64,000 bases of DNA from an uncultured Nitrososphaerota archaeon (GTDB taxonomy: Archaea > Thermoproteota > Nitrososphaeria > Nitrososphaerales > Gagatemarchaeaceae), in contig CAWISW010000002.1 in the NCBI GenBank assembly GCA_963838925.1, positions 160,001-224,000 on the forward strand, written 5' to 3'. How positions within the stretch are numbered: position 1 is the stretch's first letter; each line of letters begins with the position of its first letter. Below are positions 17,503 through 26,303 of the stretch, piece by piece. Made by a program: the position numbers and the translations under genes. The notes under the pieces are model-generated. The model had not been told where the DNA came from, did not search any database, and saw nothing but the letters and a program-made list of their open reading frames with translations.

Positions 17503-17614
17503 GGGCCCGTAGCTCAGAGGTTGGAAAACAACTGGGCAGTCTGGTCAGAGCGACCGGCTCATACCAGCAATGGGAGACACCGGTCGGTCGCCGGTCCGAA
17601 TCCGGCCGGGCCCA
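17503..17614 (+). tRNA. tRNA with CAT anticodon, probably tRNA-Ile2 (agmatidine type), with two introns: D-loop 15/16 (17518-17539) and canonical 37/38 (17564-17578)
   Basis: Spliced: GGGCCCGTAGCTCAG|TCTGGTCAGAGCGACCGGCTCATA|ACCGGTCGGTCGCCGGTCCGAATCCGGCCGGGCCCA folds as a cloverleaf; GGGCCC acceptor is typical of archaeal Ile rather than Met. Confidence 0.9.
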
Positions 17615-17796
17615 CTCTTTCTTCATCCCGGAACTGCCGCTTTGAATGTTGCCTCTTGCGCTAGTCTGTCCGAGCGGTGGTCATTGGGCCCATCACACCC
17701 TCCCTCGCACCGTTGTCATCAACGCGTCAAAAGATGAGCTTCCCGGCAAGCAACCGTTTTATCCACTCTGCGCCTCTCGCTGATTCGAAGCCCCAG

Positions 17797-18543
17797 ATGC
17801 GTCCAAAACTGCTCGTGGTCCAAAACGCGGAATGGGAGGGTCCGGGGTTAGTCGGTCTGCACGCACGCGCAGCCGGCGTGGAGATGGTGACGGCCGAGCT
17901 CTTCCGCGGGCCTCCCGGCGCCCACAAGATCCCTTTCGGCGATCTGGAGAGGGGGGCGTACTCCGCGGTCGTCGGCCTCGGGTCTCCTTCCACGGCGTAC
18001 CGTCCGGAGAGCAACCCAAACCACGACGAACTAGTCAGGCTCTTCAAGGTGATTCGGAAGCGCAAGATACCCTCGTTCAACATCTGCTACTCCATGCAGC
18101 TCTTCTCGCTCGTCCACGGCGGCGTGGTCATCAAGAACCCGGCTGGCAAGGAGGTGGGCTTCGGAGAGGTCCGACCGACGCAGGAGGGGAGGTCTGACCC
18201 CGTGGTCGGGCCTATAGGCCCGTACACAACCCTCCAGTGGCACAGCGACATCGTCGAGACGCTGCCCCCGGGCGCCGTGCACATCGCGTCGTCCAGGAAG
18301 ACGAGAAACCAGGTGGCCTCCCTCGATGGGATACACTACCTTGTTCAGGCAGACGGGCAGGCTGCCATCCCCGCGATGGTCAGGAGCTGGCTGAGGCACG
18401 ACTCGAAGTGGGCGACCCAGGGGACGGGCATCAGGGCTGTCGAGCTCATACGCGAGGCCGTCGAGTACGAGGCGTACTTCAGGAACACTTTCCTGAGAAT
18501 CTTCGGAAACTTCCTCGCCCAGGTCCTCCCGCCCCAGCGCTGA
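17797..18543 (+). CDS. Class I glutamine amidotransferase-like protein (divergent)
   Basis: EGPG, NICYSMQL nucleophile elbow, QWHSD; QFHPE replaced by QADGQ; start moved to ATG 17797. Confidence 0.8.
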   Translation: MRPKLLVVQNAEWEGPGLVGLHARAAGVEMVTAELFRGPPGAHKIPFGDLERGAYSAVVGLGSPSTAYRPESNPNHDELVRLFKVIRKRKIPSFNICYSMQLFSLVHGGVVIKNPAGKEVGFGEVRPTQEGRSDPVVGPIGPYTTLQWHSDIVETLPPGAVHIASSRKTRNQVASLDGIHYLVQADGQAAIPAMVRSWLRHDSKWATQGTGIRAVELIREAVEYEAYFRNTFLRIFGNFLAQVLPPQR

Positions 18544-18566
18544 GGCGGAACGCACGAAGGCGGCGG

Positions 18567-19007
18567 CTAGGGCGACTTGTTCAGGTCCTCGAACCGGCTC
18601 ACGTGATGGTGGACTATCTTCCAAACGTCGCCGAACTTGCCGAGGACCATCGTCACCCTCGACCGCCCGCCCACCGTCGAGCCTTCGAAGGAGTAGTCGT
18701 TCACGAAGACACCCTTGTAGCTCAGGTAGAACGTCGCCACCGCCATGAACCCCACGACGTCGATGCGCAGGTCGTCTATCTTGTACTCGTAGTCCGATAT
18801 GTTGGCGAACCTCGCCTGCTCGTACATGAACGCGTCGTCAGAGTTCTGCCGCGTGTAGGGAGGGGACTCGTCGAACTTTGTGAAGTACTGGGACGGGGCA
18901 AAGAACGCAGACAGGTTCGTGATGTCCTTCGTCTTCCCGACCTCGAAGTAGGCCGTTATCAGGGCGGTCACCTCCCTCCTCGCCTGATCTACCTGGCGCG
19001 ACTCCAC
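18567..19007 (-). CDS. NTF2/SnoaL-like protein
   Basis: C-terminal RVTMVL...WKIVHHHVS. Confidence 0.85.
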   Translation of the reverse strand: MESRQVDQARREVTALITAYFEVGKTKDITNLSAFFAPSQYFTKFDESPPYTRQNSDDAFMYEQARFANISDYEYKIDDLRIDVVGFMAVATFYLSYKGVFVNDYSFEGSTVGGRSRVTMVLGKFGDVWKIVHHHVSRFEDLNKSP

Positions 19008-19061
19008 GGGCGCGCTTTGTCAAGCCATTAGATAAGCTGAGGAATCCCGGCCATGGCCGGC

Positions 19062-19247
19062 CTATTCGCGGCCTAGGAGCTCGAAGAAGGACGGGTGCAG
19101 CCCGATCCTGGCCAACTCCTCCCTCGCCTTGTCGGCGGTTTCGGCGACGACCACTATGGTGAGGGTCTCTGTCAGCTCGCTCCGAAACCTGTATTCAGAG
19201 GTTGCTGCGCGCGGGACAGAAGGGTCTCCCAGCTGGTTCGCTTGCAA
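19062..19247 (-). CDS. Small hypothetical protein
   Basis: 61-aa ORF co-oriented with neighbours. Confidence 0.35.
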   Translation of the reverse strand: MQANQLGDPSVPRAATSEYRFRSELTETLTIVVVAETADKAREELARIGLHPSFFELLGRE

Positions 19248-19300
19248 ATGCCTTCCAGCGATGGCCCCGCTCCCGCCGGATATGTGACGCTCCTCACAGG

Positions 19301-19705
19301 TTAGGGATTATCTGCCTTTGGGGCCTCGCGCCTGGCAATCCCGAAGGCGTCACGCGCTCGCAGCACAATCCTCTCTATCATTGGGAGGTTTGCGACCGGG
19401 CCGTGGACCTCGACGAAGCTCCCCTCTCGGAGCTCGTACACGGGAAGGTTCGCGCCTAGCGCGTGCTCGACCTCCTTCCTAACGCCCTCTGTGACGTAGC
19501 CATGTGACCTCGAGAAGACCATGCAGTCGCACCCGTCCAAGACCCCGAGGTAGTACTCTGTCTCTTTCCCGGGCTCGGGATTCGACTGAAGCGCGCTCGG
19601 GTCGACTATCTCGCACCCTGAGAACCGCCTCTCGATGAGGGAGATCTCTCTCCTCTCCGCGGCCGTCCCGTAGAGCTTGATCGGGTGGGAGTAGAAGACC
19701 TTCAA
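19301..19705 (-). CDS. Nucleoside 2-deoxyribosyltransferase-like fold protein
   Basis: KVFYSHP...CDCMVF...GVRKEVEHAL...PVY. Confidence 0.6.
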   Translation of the reverse strand: MKVFYSHPIKLYGTAAERREISLIERRFSGCEIVDPSALQSNPEPGKETEYYLGVLDGCDCMVFSRSHGYVTEGVRKEVEHALGANLPVYELREGSFVEVHGPVANLPMIERIVLRARDAFGIARREAPKADNP

Positions 19706-19727
19706 GCTCGCGACCCATCCTCCAAGG

Positions 19728-20585
19728 TCAATTGAGGGCGACCTGGCCCGGCCTCTGTACTGGAAAGTGCGCCTCGAGCTCAGCCCGTTCGTTCGGAGTG
19801 AGCCGCCAGCCGCTCGCGCCCAGGTTCTCCCTCACGTGTGCGGGATTCGAGGCCCTGGGGATGGGAAAGACGTTGGGCGTGGAGGCCAGCCAGTTGAGCG
19901 AGACCTGGGCGCTGGTCTTCGACGTCTGCCTGCATACCTCCCGCGTCTTCGCCTCCCCTCCTGCGAGCCGCCCGTGCCCAAGCGGGTAGTAAGCGAGCAC
20001 CGCGATGCCGTTCCTCTGACAGTAGGGAACCAGATCATCCTCTGGGCCTCTGTGGACGAGGCTGTAGTTGACCTGGACTGAGGATATCTCGGACCTCTTA
20101 AGGGAGGAGTTCGCCTCGGCGAGCTCCTTCAACGAGAAGTTGCTGACCCCAATCGACAAGATCTTTCCGCTCGCCATCAGCTCCTCCATCGCTCCCATCG
20201 TCTCGGAGATGGGGACGCTCGCGTTCGGAAAGTGCACCTGGTAGAGGTCGACGTAAGAGAGCTCGAGCCTCCTAAGGCTCCTCTCGAGGGCGGCGAGCAG
20301 GTCGTCCCTCCTTAGGTGGTCAAGCCACACCTTCGTTGCGATGAAGAGCTCGTCCCTCCTCCTCCCCTTGATGGCTTTCGCGACCAGGGATTCTGACTCG
20401 TAGGCCTCCGCCGAGTCGATCAAGTTCATGCCTCCCTCCAGCCCCGCGACGAGGGCCCTCACTTTGGTCGAAGCGCCCGCCCTCCATCCGTGCTTTGCGA
20501 GCCGTATCCAAGGCTTGTCGTAGTAGGTGCCCATGCCGATCTCGGAGACTCTCGGACCTGCCTTTCCGAATTGCTTCAGCTCCAA
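19728..20585 (-). CDS. Aldo/keto reductase
   Basis: IGMGT, DSAEAY, IATKV, DLYQVH, IGVSNF, IPRAS. Confidence 0.95.
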   Translation of the reverse strand: MELKQFGKAGPRVSEIGMGTYYDKPWIRLAKHGWRAGASTKVRALVAGLEGGMNLIDSAEAYESESLVAKAIKGRRRDELFIATKVWLDHLRRDDLLAALERSLRRLELSYVDLYQVHFPNASVPISETMGAMEELMASGKILSIGVSNFSLKELAEANSSLKRSEISSVQVNYSLVHRGPEDDLVPYCQRNGIAVLAYYPLGHGRLAGGEAKTREVCRQTSKTSAQVSLNWLASTPNVFPIPRASNPAHVRENLGASGWRLTPNERAELEAHFPVQRPGQVALN

Positions 20586-20642
20586 GTTGCTACGCCTCCC
20601 CTAGGCGCCTTGGGGGCATGACGAGGCCGGTTCCGTGGCTCA

Positions 20643-21608
20643 TCATGGCAACTTCAGCGACGCAGGGCCCTTCGACGCGATTACTGCATCCTGGCTCGAG
20701 CCGTGGCTGGGGCTCCCTCCAAGGTGGTACGACTCCAGCTTGTCCGACTCCGGGGTTATCCCTGACCAGGTACCGTGCCTGATAGGCTCGACAATCGACA
20801 GGCCGCTCTTGGCGACGAGGTCTCGCACGTAGCTCTCTGGTTGCGCGATGAAGTGCGCCGGGTCGTCCAGTGTCCGCACCTGAAAATCGCCGTACTGGTA
20901 GACTAGGTTCGGCGTAGTGAGGCCAGCTCGCACCGCGGGGAGGGTGGACTCGCTGAAGAGGCAGAAGGTCGCGAAGGCTATTCCTCCTGGCTTCAGGACG
21001 CGCGCAGTCTCGGACATGTAGTTGGCCGCCTCCGCCGGCAGCATGTGCGTATACACCGACCCGGCGAAGGCAAAGTCGAAGGTGTCGTCATCATACGGGA
21101 ACATCAGCCGGCTCGCGTCGGCACCTCCAGACGGGTTGTACCTCTGGCTGAATGTGCCCGTAGACCTGAAGCGGAAGTTGGGGAACCTCGGAGTGATCGC
21201 CTGCTGGCACCACTCGACCGGCTTCTTCGCCGCGTCGAACCCCTCGTAGGCGGCATTCGGGGATAGATACTTTGTCAGTGCGGCGGCTACCCTTCCGCAG
21301 CCGCAGCCGATGTCGAGGAACTTCGCGTCCTTCTGAAGCCCGGCGAGCTCCCTGAAGGCTGCCACGTTCCTCTCCCCAGTCATCCTGTAGAGCCGGGGGT
21401 CGAGGAACGGGCCGATGTGCAGCCTTATCCTGAGGGGAGGGGTGAGATTGTCCCTGACCCCTGACGCCTTCTCTCCAAGGTTGGTCATTCCGTCAAAGGC
21501 CGACGCCACTGCAGGGACTGCCGACGGCGGGACCATCCTCTTCGCGTAGCCGATCATGTAACCCGCGACCTTCGAGCTGGTCTCAGCGAGGTGTGTGGCA
21601 GACGTCAT
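20643..21608 (-). CDS. Class I SAM-dependent methyltransferase
   Basis: LDIGCGCGR, SVYTHM, RVLKPGG. Confidence 0.9.
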   Translation of the reverse strand: MTSATHLAETSSKVAGYMIGYAKRMVPPSAVPAVASAFDGMTNLGEKASGVRDNLTPPLRIRLHIGPFLDPRLYRMTGERNVAAFRELAGLQKDAKFLDIGCGCGRVAAALTKYLSPNAAYEGFDAAKKPVEWCQQAITPRFPNFRFRSTGTFSQRYNPSGGADASRLMFPYDDDTFDFAFAGSVYTHMLPAEAANYMSETARVLKPGGIAFATFCLFSESTLPAVRAGLTTPNLVYQYGDFQVRTLDDPAHFIAQPESYVRDLVAKSGLSIVEPIRHGTWSGITPESDKLESYHLGGSPSHGSSQDAVIASKGPASLKLP

Positions 21609-22408
21609 CTATCCACCAGGTCTATGATTTGACCGAAGGAACGCCCGCACGCCGCGCATCGCCTTTCGTGAATCTCCCCTCCGCACAAGCATTTCACGTA
21701 AGGCGCGTTCCTCCCTCCGCTCTTCCTGACGCGGTATCGGGCGAACAGCATGGACTTCGCGGGCCACAGGCGTGAAGTCTTGAGGTCTATCGTGGCGAGG
21801 GGCGAGAGCCTCTCGACCTTCCGTCCGAGCCTGTTGTCGAAGGCGCCGACCCCGAGGACCTCCACCCGCTCTAGCCCGGGGTGCCTGTAGCGGCTCAACG
21901 GCGTCGGGTATATCCTGTGGCCCTCGGGGCTGACCTTGACTTGGCCGTTTGCCCCATGGCCTTTGTCAATCTCGTTGGCTACTCCGAGGACAAACGTCCC
22001 TCCGTCCCTCGCGACTCTCACGATCTCGGCGAGGAGCGCGTCGGGGTCGGGTACGTGGTGGATGACCCTGACCAGGGCCACGAAGTCGAAGACGCTGTCG
22101 TCGAACGGTAGCCTCTCCAGGGTGCTCCTGACCAGGGTGGTCCTCTCGAGCCTTGACGAGGCTCTGCGAAGGTTGCTCAGAGAGTAGTCCAACATGAACA
22201 TCTGCCCCACTCGCCTTTCGATTTCCTGGGTGAGCCTCCCGAACCCGCCTCCCAGCTCGACCCCGGTCTCCCCCGCCGCCCAGCGCGACACGATCTCCCT
22301 CTCGGCTCGGTCCTCGATGCTTCTCCCTCGCCAGACGGTGGAGTAGTCGTACCTCTCGTAGTCGGGAATCTCGCTCCTCAGCTCTGTCGCGGCGCCCAAG
22401 GCGAACAC
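21605..22408 (-). CDS. Class I SAM-dependent methyltransferase with C-terminal Zn ribbon
   Basis: ELGGGFGR, LPFDD, RVIHH; CLCGG...CAACG. Confidence 0.9.
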   Translation of the reverse strand: MFALGAATELRSEIPDYERYDYSTVWRGRSIEDRAEREIVSRWAAGETGVELGGGFGRLTQEIERRVGQMFMLDYSLSNLRRASSRLERTTLVRSTLERLPFDDSVFDFVALVRVIHHVPDPDALLAEIVRVARDGGTFVLGVANEIDKGHGANGQVKVSPEGHRIYPTPLSRYRHPGLERVEVLGVGAFDNRLGRKVERLSPLATIDLKTSRLWPAKSMLFARYRVRKSGGRNAPYVKCLCGGEIHERRCAACGRSFGQIIDLVDR

Positions 22409-22409
22409 C

Positions 22410-23388
22410 TCAAGCAGACGGGGCGCGCCAGCCGCCCTTCAGCCGCCGATACATACTCCCGAGTTCCAGGTACCTGCGAGAGACGAACTCCAGGTGCCCA
22501 GGCCCCATGTTCGTCAAGAATAGGTCGTCCCGCCTGCCGTCCTTGGCCAGCCTCCTGTTCCGAGCCCATGCCTTGAGCGATACGAATGAACCTAGCGTGA
22601 GGAAGAGCCAGGAGTTCACGACCTTGGATCCCATGTCGGAGTGCAGGTCCCCGCCTTTGTGCGAGCCCGCCTCCCTCAACCTTCTCTCATAGAGGCTCGG
22701 AAAGTACGACTTCATCCACGACGCCCTCTCAAGGATCGGGTAGTAGGCGTCGCCCTCGGAGATCACCTTCGCGGTGAGCGAGTCCCTCGCGAACAGGGCG
22801 TCGTGCGGTCTGGTGAGCGCGTCTTTAGCCATGCGCTCGTCCATCATGAAGCTGAAGCAGAACGGCGCTGCGCGGTTCCTTGTCAAGGAGTAGATCCGGG
22901 CGAGGATGAAGGACTTGAGCATGAACGCCCACATCCCGTTTGTCTTCGTAATGCAGTAGAGGTCGATGTCGTCGTCCTCGGCAGCCGAGAGGTAGGAGCT
23001 AGTCCCGGCCACCGCCACGAAGACGGCGTCCTTGCTCAGCGGTCCGGTGAAGTCCCTCGCTCTCTCGAGGTTTGCTATCGCGCGCCGCCTCCTCCTGCCT
23101 TCCTCCAGGACTGCTTCCGCGCGACTGGCAGGGGCTGAGCCGCGTTGCCTCAGGAGCACAAGGCCTGACTCGACCAAGACCCTGGAGGAGAGCCAGTCGT
23201 CTGAAGAGACTCGCCTCTTCGACTTCCTCCGCGGTCGCGTCGATTGCGAGGAGGTCTACGAGGTCATCCAGGGAGAGCAGGCCGCCTGCTGCCGCTGCAA
23301 TCCTGCAGTATGCGTCCACCGCCTCCCTCTGCTTTTCGTCCAGCGGGGCTGTGGATTGCCGTCCGCTTGACTCTACCAGGGCTGTCAT
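22410..23388 (-). pseudogene. Nucleotidyltransferase-like protein split by a frameshift near 23211
   Basis: ORF 22999-23388 reads ...EEVEEA; dropping one base continues VSSDDWLSSRVLVESGL into ORF 22410-23177, which carries VAGTSSY...DDIDLY. Confidence 0.7.
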
Positions 23389-23527
23389 CCCCGGTTAGAA
23401 ATTATGTTCATAGGATGGATATAACCCAATCCCTTACGGGTTAGGTTGGAGTCTCCCCTCGTCACCGCGTGCGCCGTACCGGCCGAATCGGCCTAAACCT
23501 AAATCCTGACCAATCCACCGCCTGGCG

Positions 23528-24433
23528 ATGATGAACGCAGTCCCTGACGATGCCACGTCTCGCGTCCAGAGGAACACGGCGGTGATGCGCGGGTGGATCG
23601 ACGCGCACAACCGTCAGGACGTGGACGGCGCGCTCGTCTACTTCGACAAAGACATCGAGATCGAGGAGGTCCCGACGGGCGTGAGGTACAGGGGGATCGA
23701 CGCGATCAAGGAGATGGCCAGGGTGGCATACGGAGCTCAGGGTCACAAGGAGATGGTGAACCTGTTTGCGAGCGAGGATTGGGCGTGCGTGGAATACGTC
23801 GCGAAGGCCAAGCTGTCGGGAGCCGCGGGCATCTCCGGGCAGACCATCGTGGGAGATGTGAAGGCAGGCGTGAACGCCGCGTCTGGCAAGCAAGAGGTCG
23901 AGATGAAGGTGTGCTACCTCGCCCACTTCAACGCCGAGGGCAGGATAGACCGCGTCCGTGAGTACTACGACCTGCTGAGCGTGATGACCCAACTTGGAGT
24001 TGATGCGAAGGGCGTCGGTCGCGAGGGGGCTGCCCGCTCCTCAGAGCCAGACGCGCAAGAGTCCGAACGCACGCAGCCGGGAGCCGCGAGAGCGCCAGGG
24101 ACACAGGAGAGCTTCCCACGCTGCATCGAGGATCTCCGCAAGAAGTTCAGCGACCCGGCGGTCAAGGAATCGCTCGAGGGCTTCAGCCAGACCCTGCAGG
24201 TCTCGCTCACCGACCTGGGTGAGAACTATGTCTTCACCATCAAGAACGGGAAGCTGACGAAGGTGGACAAGAGGAACCTCCCTGACGCTGGCATAGTGGT
24301 AACCGTCACCAGCTCGGTGTTCGAGGGCATTCTGAACGGGACCTCGAATCCCATGATGGCCTACCTGAAGGGCAAGTTCAAGATGAAGGGGGCGAGGGAT
24401 GATCTGATGCGGCTGCAGAAGATAATGGGGTGA
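23528..24433 (+). CDS. SnoaL-like (NTF2) domain fused to SCP2 sterol-carrier domain
   Basis: N-term WIDAHNRQD...GRIDRVREYYD; C-term NPMMAYLKGKFKMKG. Confidence 0.85.
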   Translation: MMNAVPDDATSRVQRNTAVMRGWIDAHNRQDVDGALVYFDKDIEIEEVPTGVRYRGIDAIKEMARVAYGAQGHKEMVNLFASEDWACVEYVAKAKLSGAAGISGQTIVGDVKAGVNAASGKQEVEMKVCYLAHFNAEGRIDRVREYYDLLSVMTQLGVDAKGVGREGAARSSEPDAQESERTQPGAARAPGTQESFPRCIEDLRKKFSDPAVKESLEGFSQTLQVSLTDLGENYVFTIKNGKLTKVDKRNLPDAGIVVTVTSSVFEGILNGTSNPMMAYLKGKFKMKGARDDLMRLQKIMG

Positions 24434-24452
24434 AGGCGCGCCCAGCTCGGTG

Positions 24453-25406
24453 TCACTCGAGCCGGAGGCGAACGCCCAGGCGCCTTGAGAGGTTCTCGAG
24501 GTCCTGGGCGACGTAGAAGAACGCCATCCAGCTCCACTTGCCCCAGCGCCTGATGCCCTCCTGCTTCACCTTCTCTATCGCTTCCCTCCTGTCCTTGGGC
24601 TGCTTCCCGAAGAAGAGCAGCCCGAAGACGTCGACCGACCACGCGTCGATGGGGAAGCCTCCGTGTGGGTTGATGATGTCGGCGGCGTAGTCCCCTACCC
24701 CAGGCAACTCGACCAGCTTCTCCTTCGCCTTGTCAGGCGGCATCCCCATGATCTCCTGCATGTCAGGAAACCCAGATTCTACCATCTTCGCCGAAGCGAC
24801 GATGTACTTCGCCCTGTATCCTAGCTTGCATCGCTTCGCAAACGATCTGACGTCGAGCTTCGCGATCCTTGTGGCCGTCGGCTGAAGCACGACCTCCTTT
24901 CCGTCGAACCTGATGGTCTCCCCGTACTCTCTGTCGATGGCCTCCATCATCTCGGTGCTCCTCTTCAGCCTCGCCATCTGGAGGCATATGCTCAGGATGA
25001 CCGAGTTGAAGAGAGAGACGGCCTGGGTGTCGTGCATGCCGTACAGGCTCTCGACCACGTGCTTCAGGATCCGGTCCTTCAAGGCGAAGTCGTAGAACTC
25101 CTTCAGGTCTTTGTCTGCTCCGAGACAGACCTTGAGCGTGAGGCGCAGCCTCTCCGCCTCGCTCTCGGAGATCTTTCCCCCTGCATAGGCGCCGACCTGC
25201 ACCCGCGGCCTCTCCAAGGTGCCCATGGACTGAATCTTCAGCCCTACCGGGCTCCCTCCGAAGCGGATGCCCGACCATAGCGTCTCGTCATTGAAGACCT
25301 CATCGGAGGTGAACAAGTCCCAGCCGGCGGGCTTTCTCACCGTGAGGCGGAAGTTAAACGGGGGCACAGGCACTATCTCGAACTCCGCTCTGCGCCGCAG
25401 TTCCAC
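24453..25406 (-). CDS. HhH-GPD DNA glycosylase (AlkA/OGG1-like)
   Basis: LGYRAKY, LVELPGVGDYAAD, FPIDAW. Confidence 0.85.
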   Translation of the reverse strand: MELRRRAEFEIVPVPPFNFRLTVRKPAGWDLFTSDEVFNDETLWSGIRFGGSPVGLKIQSMGTLERPRVQVGAYAGGKISESEAERLRLTLKVCLGADKDLKEFYDFALKDRILKHVVESLYGMHDTQAVSLFNSVILSICLQMARLKRSTEMMEAIDREYGETIRFDGKEVVLQPTATRIAKLDVRSFAKRCKLGYRAKYIVASAKMVESGFPDMQEIMGMPPDKAKEKLVELPGVGDYAADIINPHGGFPIDAWSVDVFGLLFFGKQPKDRREAIEKVKQEGIRRWGKWSWMAFFYVAQDLENLSRRLGVRLRLE

Positions 25407-25472
25407 CGCTAGCTCCTCCCGGGAGACGAGTCCAATGAGACGCGATGCTTGTCAGTTAGAGCTGGCGCAGTC

Positions 25473-25868
25473 CTACTTCTTGCGCTTGGTGGTCCGCCGC
25501 GGGGCCGCCGTGGGCTCAAAGAGCGCGATGAGATTCCCCTCGGGGTCTGCTCCGATATAGGACCACCCTATCGTGGGAATCTCCATTTTCTCCATGATCT
25601 CCCTTCCGCCCGCCTTCTTGAAGGCCACGATGTGCTTGTCGATGTCGTCTACGCCGATGTAGTTCCTCGGAACGTCGGTCGCGCCGGTCCTCTTGTACAT
25701 CCCTCCAGGCACGCTCTTCCCTCTCGGTCCCGTGGAGATGTTCCAATAGTCCATGTCGGAAATCTGGGTCTTCTTGAACTTCCATCCGAAGACGTCCGAG
25801 TAGAACTTCGACAGTTTGCCGAGGTCGTTGGCGGGTATCTCAAAGTGGACAATAGTCTTGATGACCAT
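25473..25868 (-). CDS. VOC/glyoxalase family protein
   Basis: IVHFEIPAND...FYSDVFGW...DPEGN. Confidence 0.9.
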   Translation of the reverse strand: MVIKTIVHFEIPANDLGKLSKFYSDVFGWKFKKTQISDMDYWNISTGPRGKSVPGGMYKRTGATDVPRNYIGVDDIDKHIVAFKKAGGREIMEKMEIPTIGWSYIGADPEGNLIALFEPTAAPRRTTKRKK

Positions 25869-26005
25869 GAGGACAGGGACTGGGACGCCTTATTTTAGGC
25901 CTCTGAAGGACTGCTCGAGGCGCCCGCGGCGTTTCCGGACTAGGTCAACCGGCCCTCTTTCGCGTCTGGAACCTCTACGCGGCCGTCGGCTTTAGAAAGA
26001 TGAAG

Positions 26006-26123
26006 CGGCGTCGGACCGACTCGAACGGTCGACCAACAGGTGTTTGCAGTGCTTTACGCACTTTAACAGCCTGCTGCTCTACCATGCTGCCCAGTTGTTT
26101 TCCAACTTCTGAGCTACGACGCC
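26006..26123 (-). tRNA. tRNA-Asn(GTT) with two introns: D-loop 15/16 (26087-26108) and canonical 37/38 (26042-26063)
   Basis: Spliced: GGCGTCGTAGCTCAG|CATGGTAGAGCAGCAGGCTGTTA|ACCTGTTGGTCGACCGTTCGAGTCGGTCCGACGCCG folds as a cloverleaf. Confidence 0.92.
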
Positions 26124-26303
26124 AGACTTCGTGCGCGCCTTCGACGGGCACGCTATATGAAATTAACTATCCTCGATGTGAAAACATAGCAGGGCAGGGA
26201 GGAGCAAGTCGAGGTCCATGGAATACTACAAGTACTTCTGGCCATGGAGCAACTGCCACGCCGTGATGGTCGTGAGAGTCATCGGGGGTTACTTGGTTCA
26301 GAT

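Noticed and set aside
17357-17626. Track ORFs 17357-17626 (-) and 26000-26266 (+) sharing LPSCFPTSELR, suggesting a protein family
   Set aside because: Both are antisense translations of tRNA genes; the shared peptide comes from the shared intron and D-arm
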